The notes below the pieces were generated by a model, which did not search any database, had not been told where the DNA came from, and saw only the letters and a program-made list of their open reading frames with translations. The position numbers and the translations under genes are program-made. A stretch of 63,118 nt of DNA, the filler included, from Choristocarpus tenellus KU-1152 (Eukaryota; Protista; Phaeophyceae): assembly GCA_964200185.2 (NCBI GenBank). It is 11 parts of 11 records of this genome, joined end to end, with 100 filler letters (N's around TTAATTAATTAA, not from the genome) between each part and the next. Parts side by side here need not be neighbours in the genome. Positions count along the whole stretch, not along the records: positions 1 to 14,124 come from CAXNAD020001271.1; 10 more parts are not named here. One strand, written 5' to 3'. Positions 1 through 14,224 of this stretch are shown here, in pieces. The number at the start of each line of letters is the position of its first letter. The first letter of the stretch is position 1.

Positions 1-767
1 ATATTTGTGGGTGTATGCGCGTATGTGTATGCGTAAGCGCATAGGTAGATCTATGTATATGTACAAAGGAATACCATCATGGTGTAAGGAGACCAGCCTT
101 GTCAACACAAAAAGTGACAATAAAAACGTCTTAAGAGGAGAAAAATGTCGTCAAATGCTCAAAAAACACTTTTACCTTTTGCTAAGAACAGTATTGAGGT
201 GCAAAAGGAGCCGGCGGGGCGGGGGGTGGGGGGGTGGGGGCAGCAGACACAAACTGAAAGAACTTCCTTACAGTGTCATGGCAGGTAGAGGATTATAGTT
301 GGGATGGAATGCAGACACCTCCGAAAATCAAGAAACAAAGAAGACATACCCTAGTGTTCTGACGAGGGTTTGAAAAAGAGCAGATGGGGAAACTGTAGGG
401 GAGATGAAACTCAAGAAGCTCCGTAACCTACAAAGAAGAAACAATAATGTTCCTGGGGCCATGGTTCAGTTGGGACTAAGACAAAAAAACGACACCAAAA
501 ATTAAAAAAACAAATTTCAATGCTGGTACCACATGCACACGAGACAACAGGATTTGAATATCATACGAGCTGTGAAGAGCGTGTAACAGTAGATTATTTT
601 TTTTTTTTAAACGTACAAAACTGTCCTCCAAGTTGAAACAAAGTGGGTTAATTTACCACTAGTAACTTGAAGCCTTTCATTCGTTCAACTCCACCGTTCT
701 TCCACAGACATACCATCCCATCCCCACCATGACATTAATATCGTACATTGCACAACAAGACCTCAGC

Positions 768-840
768 TCCAGAGTCACTCACACAACTCCAGAGCCACTC
801 ACACAACCCCAGGGTCACTTGCACAACTCCAGAGCCCTAC
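768..840. repeat. ~20-bp minisatellite (ctccagagtcactcacacaa) x~4
   Basis: Directly visible imperfect tandem copies, downstream of the last TRM5 exon seen in the window. Confidence 0.75.
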
Positions 841-971
841 TTTCACCCCCCCAAAAAAAACAAAAGGGAACCTAGAGACTGAAAAATCGAGTATCCGAAA
901 AATCGAGTATCCACTGCTCTTGGATAAAAAGGGCACCACCACCACCACCACCACCACCAGGCTTGGTCTAC

Positions 972-3900
972 CTCAGCAATGATGTGTCGGTATGGGAGCA
1001 ATTTTTCTCTGAGGTTGAGGTGAGCCAGGTGTCCCACTGTCTCGAAGGACGTGACGAGATCTTTGGCATTAACAACAGGCTCCAGCAACTGCTTTAACAC
1101 CTGCAAAAAAAGGAAAAAAAAAGGGATCAGAACCAGCCCAGTAGAACAAGGTGTACATATATAGGGGGAGAGACCTGGTATATTAATAAAAAACAGTACA
1201 GTTTAACAGTTCAGAATAAACTGACAAGACAGGAGACACAAGCAATACCTTATTTCTTTCTTTCTTTTCTTTTCTTTTCTTTTCTATGGACGCTCTTCAT
1301 TCAACCCATTTCGATCGCACGTGCTCTCTGGGGAATTGGAACGCAAAACAGCGTTTTCTCGCTATGATACTAAACAACAGACGGGCTCGTAAACGGATAG
1401 GCCTGCTGCTAGGGGGCGGGTTCACCAAGATCCATATCCACTGGTCGAGTTGAAGCCCGTCTAACTTTCATAAAAATATGTTTTTTCTTGCTTGATGATT
1501 TTAGAACGCATTCCCAGCTCTGTTCAAAACTTATAAAAGATGACAAAAAAAAGGCCTCAAAGCAACCATCCTTCGAACAAAACAGCTCTTGTTGACATTT
1601 CAGACTTTGGAACTTGAACAATTGTTTGCCCTACTGTAGAAAGACAGACCCAGACCTGCTGAAATCTGAACCATCTCTTTGTTCCTAGCATCTCTGATAT
1701 GTGAAAATGCACTTGTTCTTGTCTTGCCATTCCTCTGAAAGTGTTGTTGTTCAGTTTGCAGCGTCGTCATGGCTAAGCAGTTAATGGAACCTGTTCCCCA
1801 CACGATCTCCGCGGGTTAAAATCCCACTGACACGCCAGAATTCTCTTTATGCAAGTCTGGTTTTGAATATCCCAAGTCTATGTGGGAAGCACTTCAGATT
1901 GTACAACTTGTGTGTATGTATATATATATATGTCGTATCTTTCGCAAAAAGAGGTATACCATAAAAATGATGGTCAAAGAACGAGGTGGCAAAGGCTTCA
2001 TATCCAAGTGATGTAAAAGTGATTCCAGCGTAAGATTTGAGAAAGGAGGAAGAGGAGGAGGAGGAGGAGTGGTGAGTGGTGGGGTGGTTGGACCCAACAC
2101 GTGAGAAGAAAGGCACAAACGGAGGCAATACAGTGCAATTAGTCGTAGGGCAACAGCAGCCAGTTGCAGCAGAAGCTAGTACAAGAAGCAGGGGCAGTGT
2201 GTAGTGCCTGCCACTCTGACCATGGGTCAGGACAGTTCCCATACCAACATGAGGACGATAACCAAAACAAAACGTAGCAACCCCAGTGAGCTTGGCTGGG
2301 GGGGAGGAGGCTGTCGTCCTCATTGATGCAGGGATTTGGTGACATCAGTGAGATTGTGGCGTGCATCACAACGGCCTGCGGACCGGACCATGGAGATGTC
2401 TGACAGCCTTGGACCGGTCCGGTTCGGTTCGGTCTGGTTCGGTCCGAGATATTGGGAACCGGGCCAGCCCACAGACCATGCCGTAGACGCCGTCTATGGG
2501 CTCTGACATGACCCTGTAAAAAAAATAAATGACATCGTGCCAACTCTGACAGCCTTGAACTGGACCGATCCAAAGACTGGGCAATAGAGGCAGTCGATGG
2601 GCCCTCAGCTGATCCTCTGTCACAAAGAATTTACCCTGTTCCAGCTCTGACAGCCTTGAACTCGACCGGTCTGATATTTTGGGAACTGGGCCGCAGTGGC
2701 CCTAGCTCGACCCTGTCAGAAACATGTTACACATTTTGTGCCAACCAGTCGGGGGGGGACCAGACTTTAGAAATAGTAGACAAACCCGGACCGGACCCTT
2801 TCAGAATTAAATAAAAAATGAGTGCAGTCCGCAGGACAGGGTGGTGTTGTTCTTCCGCACACATGTTGGATACCAAAAAATGGCATCAAAGTATTCCACC
2901 CGTCACACAAATGACCCCCGGGAGAGTTACAAGTAAGCACGCAGTCAATAATGACAAACGCCCATGTTGTTGCTATTGTATCAAAATATAATATTGAGAT
3001 GCCCCAGGTTACCACCGAGGTCAGAGCCAGTTGCTATTGACAGTGTGGGTGGTGCCATATAGTAGCAATCGAGGGCGGCCCGTCCTTGCCCTCTTGCTAT
3101 TGCATGCACATGGCCGTTGACCAATTGGCCTTGGCCGTGTTGGAAGGAAAAAACAAAAAAGCAATGTTCATGAAAAAAAAAATCAACAATTTTTTTGCAA
3201 AATGACAACATATAGATGTGTTGTTATTCTGTTTCAGTTCTCCCTCCTGTTCGTGTTTATAGACGTGTATATTACAACCTCCTGCGTGCTTTTTTTTACA
3301 GCATGAAAGATAATTTTGGAAAGTGACCCCAAAGAAAAGTTTTGGTGGAATACGTAAAGTATTAGTAGTCCCCTTCTGCTACAAGCCTCTGCAACAGATA
3401 AAATAATAATAATAATAATATTGCGAATTGCATGCTCAGGGGAAACTCACAGATAAAATATTCTACAGGTGGAAATGATCCTATTGATATGTATATATGG
3501 CATACTGGGTGTGGCATCAGGAAAACGCCAACTTATAAAATACACATAGACACACACACACACATCCATCTAACTATCCATCCATCCAACAATTAGCGCG
3601 CTTAAGACACAGTACTGAAGACCATGTGCAAAACACGTAACTGTCTGTGCATGTAATACTCCTTGCCTTTTGACTTCAGTTACATATAGAGCCAGTCTCA
3701 CACCTGGTCAGCAGACAAGTGTGAGTAGTCAACCGTGAGGCCAAATGTAGTTGCTTCCACTCCCTCCCCCCGAACAAAGGAAAGCGCCTCAGAACTTAAG
3801 CCTGTCCACATTGCATTTCCCAATGCCAGGGAGACAACAGCAGAATTTGAGAGATATACAGACAGCACGATGGTGTAGCACTAGAAGCTCTGTGGCCAGC

Positions 3901-6323
3901 TCTGTGGTGCCACTGGACACAGTATTGCAAGCACAGAATATAGTTGAAATAGAGGCTCACACCAAGGTTTAATAACAGTAAGATTGAGGGGGTAGGGGAC
4001 GAGGTGGGAACAGCAATATCTCCACCAATTGAACAGCCTGCACGAAACATTGAGCTGATGAGATGCATCAGCCCCTACAACCTTCTCTTAACCCCTCAAA
4101 GTGTTGGTATGATTTGTCAAGGGGGAAAGAATAGTGTTATGAACCGTACCGATCAAATCACAACAATTCAACATATTAAATGACATTCGACATTGAAACC
4201 TAAGTGTCTCATTCAGCTGACGAATTCAAATTTAAAAAAAATTCTCGCAGCACCCCTTGCAAGATTTTTAGTTGAAAAAAAATGAGTTAGAACAAAAAAA
4301 GAAGAAATGAAATGAGCTGCTTTGGTCAGGCAGTCACCAAAACTTTCATCAAATTCACAACAGCAAAAAAAAAAAGGCAACCGACACTAGACTTGCTAAG
4401 TTTTATTTATTGTCTCGAAAAAAACAAGACGCATAAAAAAAAACTATTGTGTAGAGCAAGAAAAAAACAAGATAAAACAGGGGTAGGTGCACAGACACAA
4501 AGCCGAGATGCAGGGAAAGGGTGACATGTGATGTTTTCGGAATGGAAGCACATGCTGGCACCCCCTTTCTCTAGTGCACGTTGATCTTATAGCAGGAGAG
4601 GAAACACATATGCAAGGACGGACCACTGTTGCTCGTCGATGGGACTGGCTGTCTTCAAATATAAGGTAAACAACAGCGTGTATCTCCATTTTTCTTGCCA
4701 ATAATGACCGTACAATATATAGCCCTACCAACAGAAAAAAAATCAGGTAAGTCATGGTGGAATTAAAGTACACGAAATAACACACAGCAAACTAAAAAGA
4801 TATGCACCCTGTGATGCAGTAGGTAAAAAACGAGCAAGAAAATTAATGGTTGTCTGTGGCGTTAAAACACCATCCAATCGACTTTCTGCTTACATATAAC
4901 TACACAAAGATTAGGCCACATTCTGTCATCTCAAATGCGAAAAATCTTAAAAATAAATGCCTTGTAAAGCAGAACCTTTTTTGACCATGGAATTGAAAAA
5001 ATCTCGTTGGTGCGTTAGAAAGACAGAGGACGTCCTAAAACAAACAGCACAGGAGATCATTCTTGCACCAGGCTTCAAATTTCTTCAATGAAGCATCACA
5101 TCAGGCTAGAGGGGCCAGGTGAAACATCACAGCTGCGGTCTGAACAATGCTGTAAAAAACCCATCAAATTCAAGACACCTTTCCATGGCATGGCCACAGC
5201 CTCAACCAGCTCAGGGTTAGGGCCAGAAATGCGTAGCAGACGTGCAAGGCTATCAAAAAAGCTCTACAGGTTGATATTCATCTGAATTTGGCCGAGTTGT
5301 GAAGGGTTCAGTATCAGTATCAGTCTTTCACAGGGATCCTCGACTGAGACTATTCTTTCGTTCTGCAAACAGAGGGAGAGTTTTCCCTTATCATTTAGTT
5401 TCCTGACTTTCTGGGGTTGAGCAAATTGACTAGCCTACAGATTCATCTACTTGCCCACGCAGTAGCCCATCCCCCTACCCACCATCCAGCGTGTCCGGGT
5501 CATTTACAGAGGTGTTGAGGAGGACAAGGCGAGTGGATGGATCTTCTGGACATGTTTCGACACTTTTTCTTTTGGGCATGTTGAGGAGCTCCCGCCGCAG
5601 TCTCTTCATAATCTCACTGCAATGGAGTCGTAGGAAACAGTTCGAGCAGAGGATGTCGAAAAAAAGGAGTGGGAGGTACAGATTGAGGAGAGTATGGGAA
5701 GGGCTGTGTGTACGTGCGAGTGTGTGGCGAGCATTTACGTATGATTAAGGTGAGCCGAGCGTATGAGGAGATCCAGGGTGGCAGTGTGTGAGATCGTGAC
5801 GGATTTCCATTGGATCGGTTCCTGAAGGTCGTAGAGAGAATGGGGAAGCTGTGTGTCCAGAATAACTGCCACAGGGATCAGACGGATGAGGCGCGGGGAT
5901 AATCTTACTTTGCCTTTCGACTTCTATGATTTGGAAAACTACCAAGGTAATGTCGAACGTATCCTTGCAGTCTAAGAGTGCAAGAGCATATTTCTCTTCC
6001 AAGGAATGCGTAATTCAATGACACATATTCCAAGCAAGGTTCCTGCAGGTAAAATGAAAGGGTCAATAACTTGGGGATTAGGGATGAGGCAAAACCAAGA
6101 CAAAGGATCATACCCACTTTCGTTTTGTCAATAGTACATTGGGCCCTACATCTGTTCCATCAACCAACCTGGTACGCTTCATAGGAACCTTTAGGGCAAC
6201 GACTTTCTCCTCCTTGGTGAAGTCATCCCTGTTCAACACGATCTCATCTGTAGCTACTGGTGGTCCACTGGTCGTATCATTGCTCACACTCACACTCCCC
6301 AAACTGGTGACTGAGTCCGACAT
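972..6323 (-). CDS. TRM5: tRNA (guanine37-N1)-methyltransferase Trm5, 5' part; exons 6169-6323 (ORF open upstream to ~6749), 5483-5616, 3704-3801, 972-1100; 3' exons lie outside the window
   Basis: Four phase-compatible GT-AG exons read ...[50 protein letters not shown]|[33 protein letters not shown], which contains the hallmark Trm5 'FETVGHxAHLNLR' motif. The start codon is uncertain. Confidence 0.9.
2370..2800. repeat. Intronic repeat block with three copies of CTGACAGCCTTG(G/A)AC and (GGTTC/GGACC)n motifs
   Basis: Motif copies at ~2400, ~2545 and ~2647, plus a ggttc microsatellite; probably an old non-autonomous element. Confidence 0.5.
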
Positions 6324-8059
6324 GTCGGAAGGATTCAGCAGATAGAAAGGTCGTGCAGATGGTATGTCTCTCACTGCCGAAGACACCGGCCAAGCTGTCG
6401 GTATGCGTCCACGCAGACAAGCCAATGCGAAACTTTGGCGGGATGGCGTTGGTGTGACCAACGACAGTAATGGGGACGGCAAAGAATTCCTCAGAAGAAT
6501 ATTTTCTGATCTTTTGACTATATCAGGAGAAGAAAACGTGCTTCCCTTCCTTCGTTTCCAGGGACGGCCACGAGGAAAGAGGCCGAACCTCTCGCACAAA
6601 GACACAGATAGGACTGAGGCAACCCAGTTGAAGGCGATAATGCCGTGCCCTGCTGTGGGTACAGAGGGAGAATTAGCAAAAGTGGAAGGACCACTACAAT
6701 AGGCACATGAAACCCTGGCACGTGTGAGGTCCGCAAGAGTACGGTACATCCAACAACCGTCAAACAACCGTCCTCTACCGTAACACTAAATGATGAGGAT
6801 ACAACAAGGTTTTGATAAATATTGCTAAGGCAGCAAGCACGATGGTTCCACCTCTATTGAAATATTAGTACCTAACTAGAATGATAAAAAAGAAACACAA
6901 TGTGTGTGCAAGTGTGGCTTGACTGTCTAGTGATAGTTCATGTCCACTAACAGCTTACAGATGCTCTCACGAGGGGGACAAGAAGCATCATACAAGGCCA
7001 AGAATACAATGAACGCGACAGCGGAATCTGTATTGCTTACAATAGAGACCTTGCAATGCATAATAATAACACTATTTATAGTACTCTATATTATCATTAT
7101 TAATATCTCATTTTAGACCGATGTTTAAAATAGAAACATACAGCCTGACCAGTCATCGACTAGCCTTGAAATCCTGGAGATTCATAGAGTAACAAATAGG
7201 AGTTTGGTGGAGCGGTATAATGCTAAGTATTTACCCCAAGTTGTACGACAAATTCCACGTATGCTGTCAGCAGTTTCATTCTATTCTCACCCATGGTCAC
7301 AGGCACTACACATTGCAGCACTTCTCATCACTATGAACCATTAATAATGCTACACTACGACTTTAAATGCACTGTCCCATGATTGGCTTGCATCTTTCAT
7401 GCACTTTGGGTTTAACTATCCCACTGCTCGTCATTCTGCCCCCTTGGATCTTGTGTGGTATCCGCCCGACTGCAATGAAGCCTCGCCATCGTGACTCAGT
7501 TGTTTCATTTTTTATGGTTTATTCGCAAACCGGAGGGAACAGGTGCACCGCTGTCACCCCATTGTGCTATCACAACTAGTTTCCTTGGAAAGAAAACCCG
7601 ACCTTGATCAGGTCCGAACCTGATACATTCCTTTGAGGGTAGATTGTAGACCACCACTCACTGAGTTATGAGGACACTCAACGATATACACACCTGAAAC
7701 AAATTTTGTTATTATTTGTCAGAGGGGTGACAGAAACAGTGGTCATACAACCCTTGCTTGAATGCAAGTATGACGTTCGACGTAATAGTGTAATCATACC
7801 TCAATGAGTGGAAATCTACAAGCTTCCGTCAAAGGAATATATACATGCAGATTGGAACCTTGTCAAGCTTAGACTTTCTTTCTAGGGAAATTTGATTCCA
7901 GTGGACAATGGGGCAAGCATAGTGGAGCGGTACACCTGTATTCTTATGTCTGCCACTAAATCACAAAAACACGTGGGAAACCTGTATATATTTTGGTGGC
8001 AAGACTATTTTTCTTTGCGACCAGGTGAGTTCTGCAAAAGAGTCGAGGGAAATCCCCAA

Positions 8060-8105
8060 ATGAATAAACAGGGAAAAACTCTTACACTCTAAGATACTTT
8101 CACTC
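8060..8105 (+). mobile_element. Right-end fragment of MITE family A
   Basis: aaacagggaaaaactcttacactctaagatactttcactc matches the 3' end of the 33595 and 37743 copies. Confidence 0.7.
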
Positions 8106-10704
8106 AACTATCTTTAAAGAGTTATGGTTGTACCCCATTGTGTTGTCCCGTAAAATTAATATTACAAGATGAAATTGGAATATTGCACGCCTTATCGACA
8201 CACTTCACAGACAGACAGAAACTGCCCTTGGTGTTTTACTCTACAGTAGTAACCTCTTTCGGTTTCAATTGTTGTGGGGTGATGTGATTTTGGATGTGCA
8301 ATGGCAAATCCAGATGCTCTATCGTTTCCTTCTATGGATGCTGTGAATCGCATATGAATACCCCGCCCTCAACTAAGCATGTACACTCACATGATTCTTC
8401 GTAACACTTACGCTACATCACAAAATGTCATCTTATTTCATTGAATTTTAACACGAAGTAAGTGTTCCAACATAATGCAATATTATTACCACACACTTTG
8501 CGTTATGACACAACGTGCGTTATATATATGTTGAAAGGGCAACGGGTAACATTGACGACGAAAATGTAGGCAAGGCGATGTAGTGCTTCCAACATCCTAA
8601 TTCATACACTTTCTTTGTACTGCCCATAGCACTTCCAGACCAAAAATCATTATATATATATGTAAAAACAGTTTTTCTAAATGATACAAACTTTATTTGA
8701 CAACATAGTTACATTAAAAAAAAATTCTGTTGAAGGTAAGGAATATTATATAGAATGTTTGTATTACAACATTATTAACAACGCAACAACAGACCACAAA
8801 CTTCCAATTAAACGACAACTTCTTACAGAAGAAGTGGATAGCCCATCTGGAAGATGATCACCACACAGGCAGTAGTGCTTGTTGAGGGGATTGTAACGAC
8901 TATATTGATCGTTTTGTTGTTGATTTTTGCTTTTGTGAAGGTGGAAGATTTCTAAACATACTTCCAAGCCTTTGGTCTTCACGAACATCTATCTGTGTGC
9001 GATATACAAGAAACTATGAATGAATGCTTCTACTACTACTACTACTCCTACTGTTAGTGTAGATGTATCTTTCAGTTTCACCATCGGTTCTCCATTTCTT
9101 CTTATTTGTTGTGCCGCATTTCTCCATTTTTTCCTAGATGATATATTCCATGTTCTTCATCTTCCTCCTTTATGGAACTCTTGCTGTGTTTGATCTTTGA
9201 GGACAGGCTGGAGGATCTTGTTTTCTACATAATATAATACCAAACAGTATTTTCGTGGATCAATCATTCAACCCAATCAGCAATATTTTAGTTGGAAAAC
9301 AAACGATTTCCTAACCCTTCTTACCACATTTTGGGGTATGTGACCAACAACATAGTTGTATACTATTTATATTATGCTTCAAACCATACTTTCAAGGATC
9401 GTACATGAAACAGGAATTTTAGGATGGAATGGAAAATATCGTAAATGATGGTTGAGTTGTGGGATATACGACTTGTTGATTGGCTCAACCCGTAGAGGGG
9501 TACAAAATAAAGCCTGTTGTAATATTTGAATCCGGGGCAACTTGCAACTGATTGGGAGGGAAAAGAGAAAAGACCCATAGCACACAAAATTCCAACAACA
9601 AAGCAGTTGTGGCAACTGTGGGACAGATACAGGTAGAATCTACACAATCGCGCAAACTAGAGAGGCTGAGAAGCCCATAAAGCACAGACTGGGATCTGCT
9701 GCTCTGTGAGGTAGGGTGATTTGTGTGGGAGCGAGGGGCAAACACCTTTTTCGGTGCGTGAAATCGGCCGATTTTCGCTCCCCATTTGCCAGTCAAAATC
9801 CGAGTGCATTGAACTCAAAGCTTTGCAAGCGTGGCGATAAACTTCTGAAGCAGCTCCTTTGATCAAATATCTCTATATTTCCAAATAGGATCTACCCTTT
9901 TGAACTCAAGTATCCACCTTTTGTTGTGCCTTTCCACCAGTAGCGTCTAACTTCAACTGGGTATGCCTGAAGAGGCGGAGAGACACGACATGCAGCAACA
10001 CATTGAGAATGGGGTGGAGAGGGTATACTATCCGTTCAACCGAAAGGCACATTACCCTCGCGAGAATTTCGTGAACTTCAGAAAGCTTTCTGTGAGTGCT
10101 TAGGAGGTGTTTTCTGTCGTGTACGACCAACCCAGCTTGTTGAAAATTGTGTACAAGTTGGGAATTGCTTCAGATAGATCGCCGATTACGAACGTTTTCA
10201 GTGTACCCTCCTCTTTCAAGATGCCTATAGATATATTCCTGATGAAATCATCTTGGTTGCATACCATTTCTCTGTACTTCACCTGAATTTTCCTGCTGAC
10301 GTACAAACTCCCCTTGTGCCGTTACGTCCTGTCGACCATCGCAGACGAAGGCGCTCTTGACCTACATCGCACACCAAGACCTTCACATCCGCCCAGATAG
10401 CACACACGAGGAGCTTGCCATAGCCTGCGCTCGGTAAGTCCGAAAAGAAAGAAATCGCCGTTTCATCTGCCCAATTCAGGAGGCCACTTATGTCCAGACC
10501 AACCGAACCTGGGCAGCACAGATGGGCTAGTGACCCGTCGAGATTGAGGCATTATCTGCTGTTGATACCGAATCCCCCATACCAATGACTGGTCCCTTTT
10601 CTACCGCGAAATTGTCAATGCCAATGCTGTTGGATGGTAAGGACTGTTCACACTTCACGCCGTCAATGGGATAATGACACTTGCACTTCAACCGCAGACA
10701 CTTT

Positions 10705-13700
10705 ATGGAGTGGGAAGTGAACACTGATGCTGTACTCAGCAATTTCTGTGCTGAGATGGAAGGAGGTATGAGCACAGCGCTAGCCCGAGAACGAGAAGTG
10801 GGTTTTACGGAAGTGCGCAAACGCAAGCGTCCATCGTGCTTAGAGTTTGCGCCACATTCGCGGTCGCAGAAAGTTTACCAATGCACCACCCGGTCCAGGA
10901 CGTCCAGGTTCCAGCCAGATCAGGATTACCTCAGTTCAATAGCAAGACTCACTACGGGAGAGCAGGTAGGGGAGGTGTGAAGGGGAAGGGTAGGTCACCT
11001 GATAACTGTTCTGATAGTAACAAGTGATAGAGTAGCAAATGTTCTTCCTAGAATCGAGAGCAGGTGACATTCGGCCCATCATTGATGTGGACTCAATCTT
11101 CAAAGGTAGAGATAGCAATGTATTGGTCGGTGTGTAGTGCACAGGACAAGACACAGAAGCAACTGCAATGGACTTCAAAACGCAAATGCTTGCGATTCAC
11201 ATACACTCAGGAATATGAGAGCAGAGGGGATAGGCGGAGTGGGGACAGTGGTAACTTGACCTAACAATCATCCTACTTCACATTCCATCCTACAGTTCCA
11301 TCTTTTACTACCACAGAGTCAAGGACTCAAGGGCAGTCTATGCTTTCCAAAGATCAAAACTTCAAAGCTTGTGTAGTCCCTTCTTCGCGTGAAAGATTGC
11401 ACTACCTGTGTCCTGGTCATGCCTGACTAAGCAACCGGGTTGCCAATATGCAAGGCTCCTAACCCCATACTTTTACCCTACACCCCGGCTAAAGTTTATG
11501 CTCTCCTTGGGGTGATACTCTTTTTTGTTCTTTGTAAGTGCAGGTTGCAGCAAACACAGTGGGGACCGATTGTACACGTTTGTGGATACTGGCAAGGGTG
11601 GTGAGAGTCAGGAGGGGGGACACAACAACAGGGGGAGGACTTGTGGAGCTTCATGATGAAGATGATGCCAACAAGGTCTTTATTCTTCCAGCTAAAGATG
11701 TCCGCCGATTGGCGGGAGTACCAAGGGGCCTTGCTCAGGTAGGTAGAAAATGAGTGCCAGATGAAGAGATGTAGAATTGATACGAAAGTGTCTGGATGAC
11801 ATTGATTGTACATGTTGGACTAATCTAGTGCATCTTGGAGAATTTTTTGCTTTTTCCATGGGCTGAAATTGATCAGAACTTGATTCTGTTTTCGTGTTTG
11901 TATTTTTTCTTTTGCTATTGTTCCACTTCAAGATGCAGTTATTTTAGAAGATCACACTTCTGTAGCGAGGATGGGTTCGCTTGAGAGATGTGGAAGAAAC
12001 ACTTTGAGTGCACGGGGAGGCATTCTCTGTTATTTTTTTCCTTCATACCTTTCAACTGTAAGTCCATTTTATGTACTTGTGATGGGCCTGAAATTCTTGT
12101 GTAAAGCATCCTGTTGGGCAATTGCTGGGTGCTCCAGAATATTTTGCCTGCTGGTGTTGGTATTGACTTTTGAGGTGTAATTTTCATTACCATGTTGCTG
12201 GTTTCTTCTTTTTACCGTTGACTGGGAATGGTGTGAAGAGGGAAATATTGGCCAGTAACATCATTTGGAAAAAGTGGTGGTGAGGTGATCGTGTTGACAG
12301 AATGGGTGTCCAGGTGCTACTAGACAAGCAGATATATGCCATAGTTGATACAATTTGCCACTGGTTCTGTTGATTTATGTGGGCTTGATTTATTGAGTTC
12401 TGTGTTCAATGTTGAAGGTTTTCTTTTTTACAATGCATCAACCAATCATCATACTGCTACAATCTGTACTATATATGGCAGGCATACTTCTGTCTCCTAA
12501 AGACAGCAGCAACACTACCCACACACTCTTTGATGGGCCCAGGCAATGTAATTTCACTCCTAGCACGAGGACACACACATGAATGCTTATCCCTCCCTTC
12601 AGTTCCTAGGTACCTCCAACGTTTGCATCTCTCTCAGGATGCTCACTTAGCATCCTTCGATTTCTGGATCTGCACACATCTCTTTTGAAAATGTGTACTT
12701 TTCCAATTGATGTAAATCTGATCATACTGCCCTGATTCTATTTTATTTTTACCAGACACACAGTTCCACACACACAGCACACGCAACCAAACAGTTGAAA
12801 AATACATGCACCTGAGTAACGTATGCACATCCACCTGTACCTGTTGGCAAATACAGAACGACAGCCTCCTTGCTGTTTTCCCAGACACTACAAGCTTCTA
12901 CAGAGGTACCCTGGTTAGCAGAAGAACACACCTCAATAGTGTGGGTGTTCGCTCCTTCAGCGTGAATTTTGAAGATGATGCAGATGACAATGGAAACACA
13001 CCCAGCCGCAGTGTACCCATCAACCATGTTATGCACACTGTCAGAAATGCAAACATTGGCAGAGTTAGCGGGGGGACAGGAATGAACTGGAAACAAGGTT
13101 CTGCTGGCGAATTTGATGATGACATTGGTGGGGTATGCAGCAATGGAGGCGATATCGCTGGTAGCAGGTGCACCTACGGAGTTTCGACCAGGGGGCGGAG
13201 GTCAGGAGCGACATACAGGGGGGGAGGTGTTGAACAGAAGGTTCAGGTGAAGTGCAGGGAGTTTAAGAGTGGGGAAAGGGGGGAAGGTGATGGTTGATAT
13301 CGTTTATACATTGCCTAACTACTGTTTACTGGTGTAGTTTGGATTTTAGTCTGATGTTGTAAAGGAGAAAGTTGCTATATAGATATGTGGTGAGTGCAGT
13401 GCAGACTAGAGGATTCAACCACATTCTGCTATGGATGATCTTGTCTTGTGCAGTGGTGTGTGTCTGTGTTTGTGTGTTTGTGTTTTCCCCCCCATGTGTC
13501 CACTGAATTACAAACAGGGCACCTTTTAATTTAAATTGGCCAGCCTGCCTTTTTAAAGTGTGATCTGAAACTATGAATGCGATATGCTTCATCAGGTGCC
13601 GGACACTGATATCATGACCTTGTTCACACCTCTTCAACCCCTTGATGATGTAATATAAGAATGAGCACCAAATCAACATCTTAACAACATTGATGGACCC

Positions 13701-13884
13701 AACAATATGGATATCATTTCCTCCCCCACCTCCCTCCCTCATCCAATTCCCATTGCTGACTGCATCACAGAGGCGATCCAATGCAAACAGCAGAGCTGGT
13801 GCAGGTGGGAATTCATCTTCTGTTGCTCCAAGGCCATCAGGAGGGGCCAGTGCTGGGGGTGGAAAGTCTGGCGGGAAGGAGCAG
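10705..13884 (+). CDS. SGF29: SGF29-like tandem Tudor protein (SAGA-associated factor 29 family); exons ~10705-10965, 11544-11738, 12857-~13247 (or stop at 13297), probable further exon 13771-13884
   Basis: The spliced product reads GEQ|VAA..LWILARVV..VELHDEDD..ILPAKDVRRL..LLAVFPDTTSFYRGTLV..FSVNFEDD..PSRSVPINHV. This matches the SGF29 Tudor motifs WILAxV, VLAxYPxTTxFY and YxVxFED. Splice sites are GT-AG, phase 0. Confidence 0.8.
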
Positions 13885-14124
13885 GTGAGAACATTACTAT
13901 TAATATTAACAATTAATTGTAGATTTAGTACTATGTGTAGTACAATGTTTCTATTTTTGAGTGGTGGTGAACTTTGTGAAGTTCTTTGTGTGTGTTTGAG
14001 TGTGATTTGTACAAAACACAAAAAGCTATGTAGTTGGCACCATAAGACTGCGTTATTAAATTGTGTTGTACAGCTGTGTGTGCATTTTTCAGTGTATTTG
14101 CTGACCCAAAGTATCTGGGGGGGG

Positions 14125-14224
14125 NNNNNNNNNNNNNNNNNNNNNNNNNNNNNNNNNNNNNNNNNNNNTTAATTAATTAANNNNNNNNNNNNNNNNNNNN
14201 NNNNNNNNNNNNNNNNNNNNNNNN
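14125..14224. other. Artificial contig linker N44-TTAATTAATTAA-N44; same linker at 18150-18249, 21516-21615, 25569-25668, 32120-32219, 43993-44092, 46741-46840, 51235-51334, 56119-56218, 60263-60362
   Basis: Identical 100-bp N spacers carrying a stop codon in all six frames. Confidence 0.99.
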
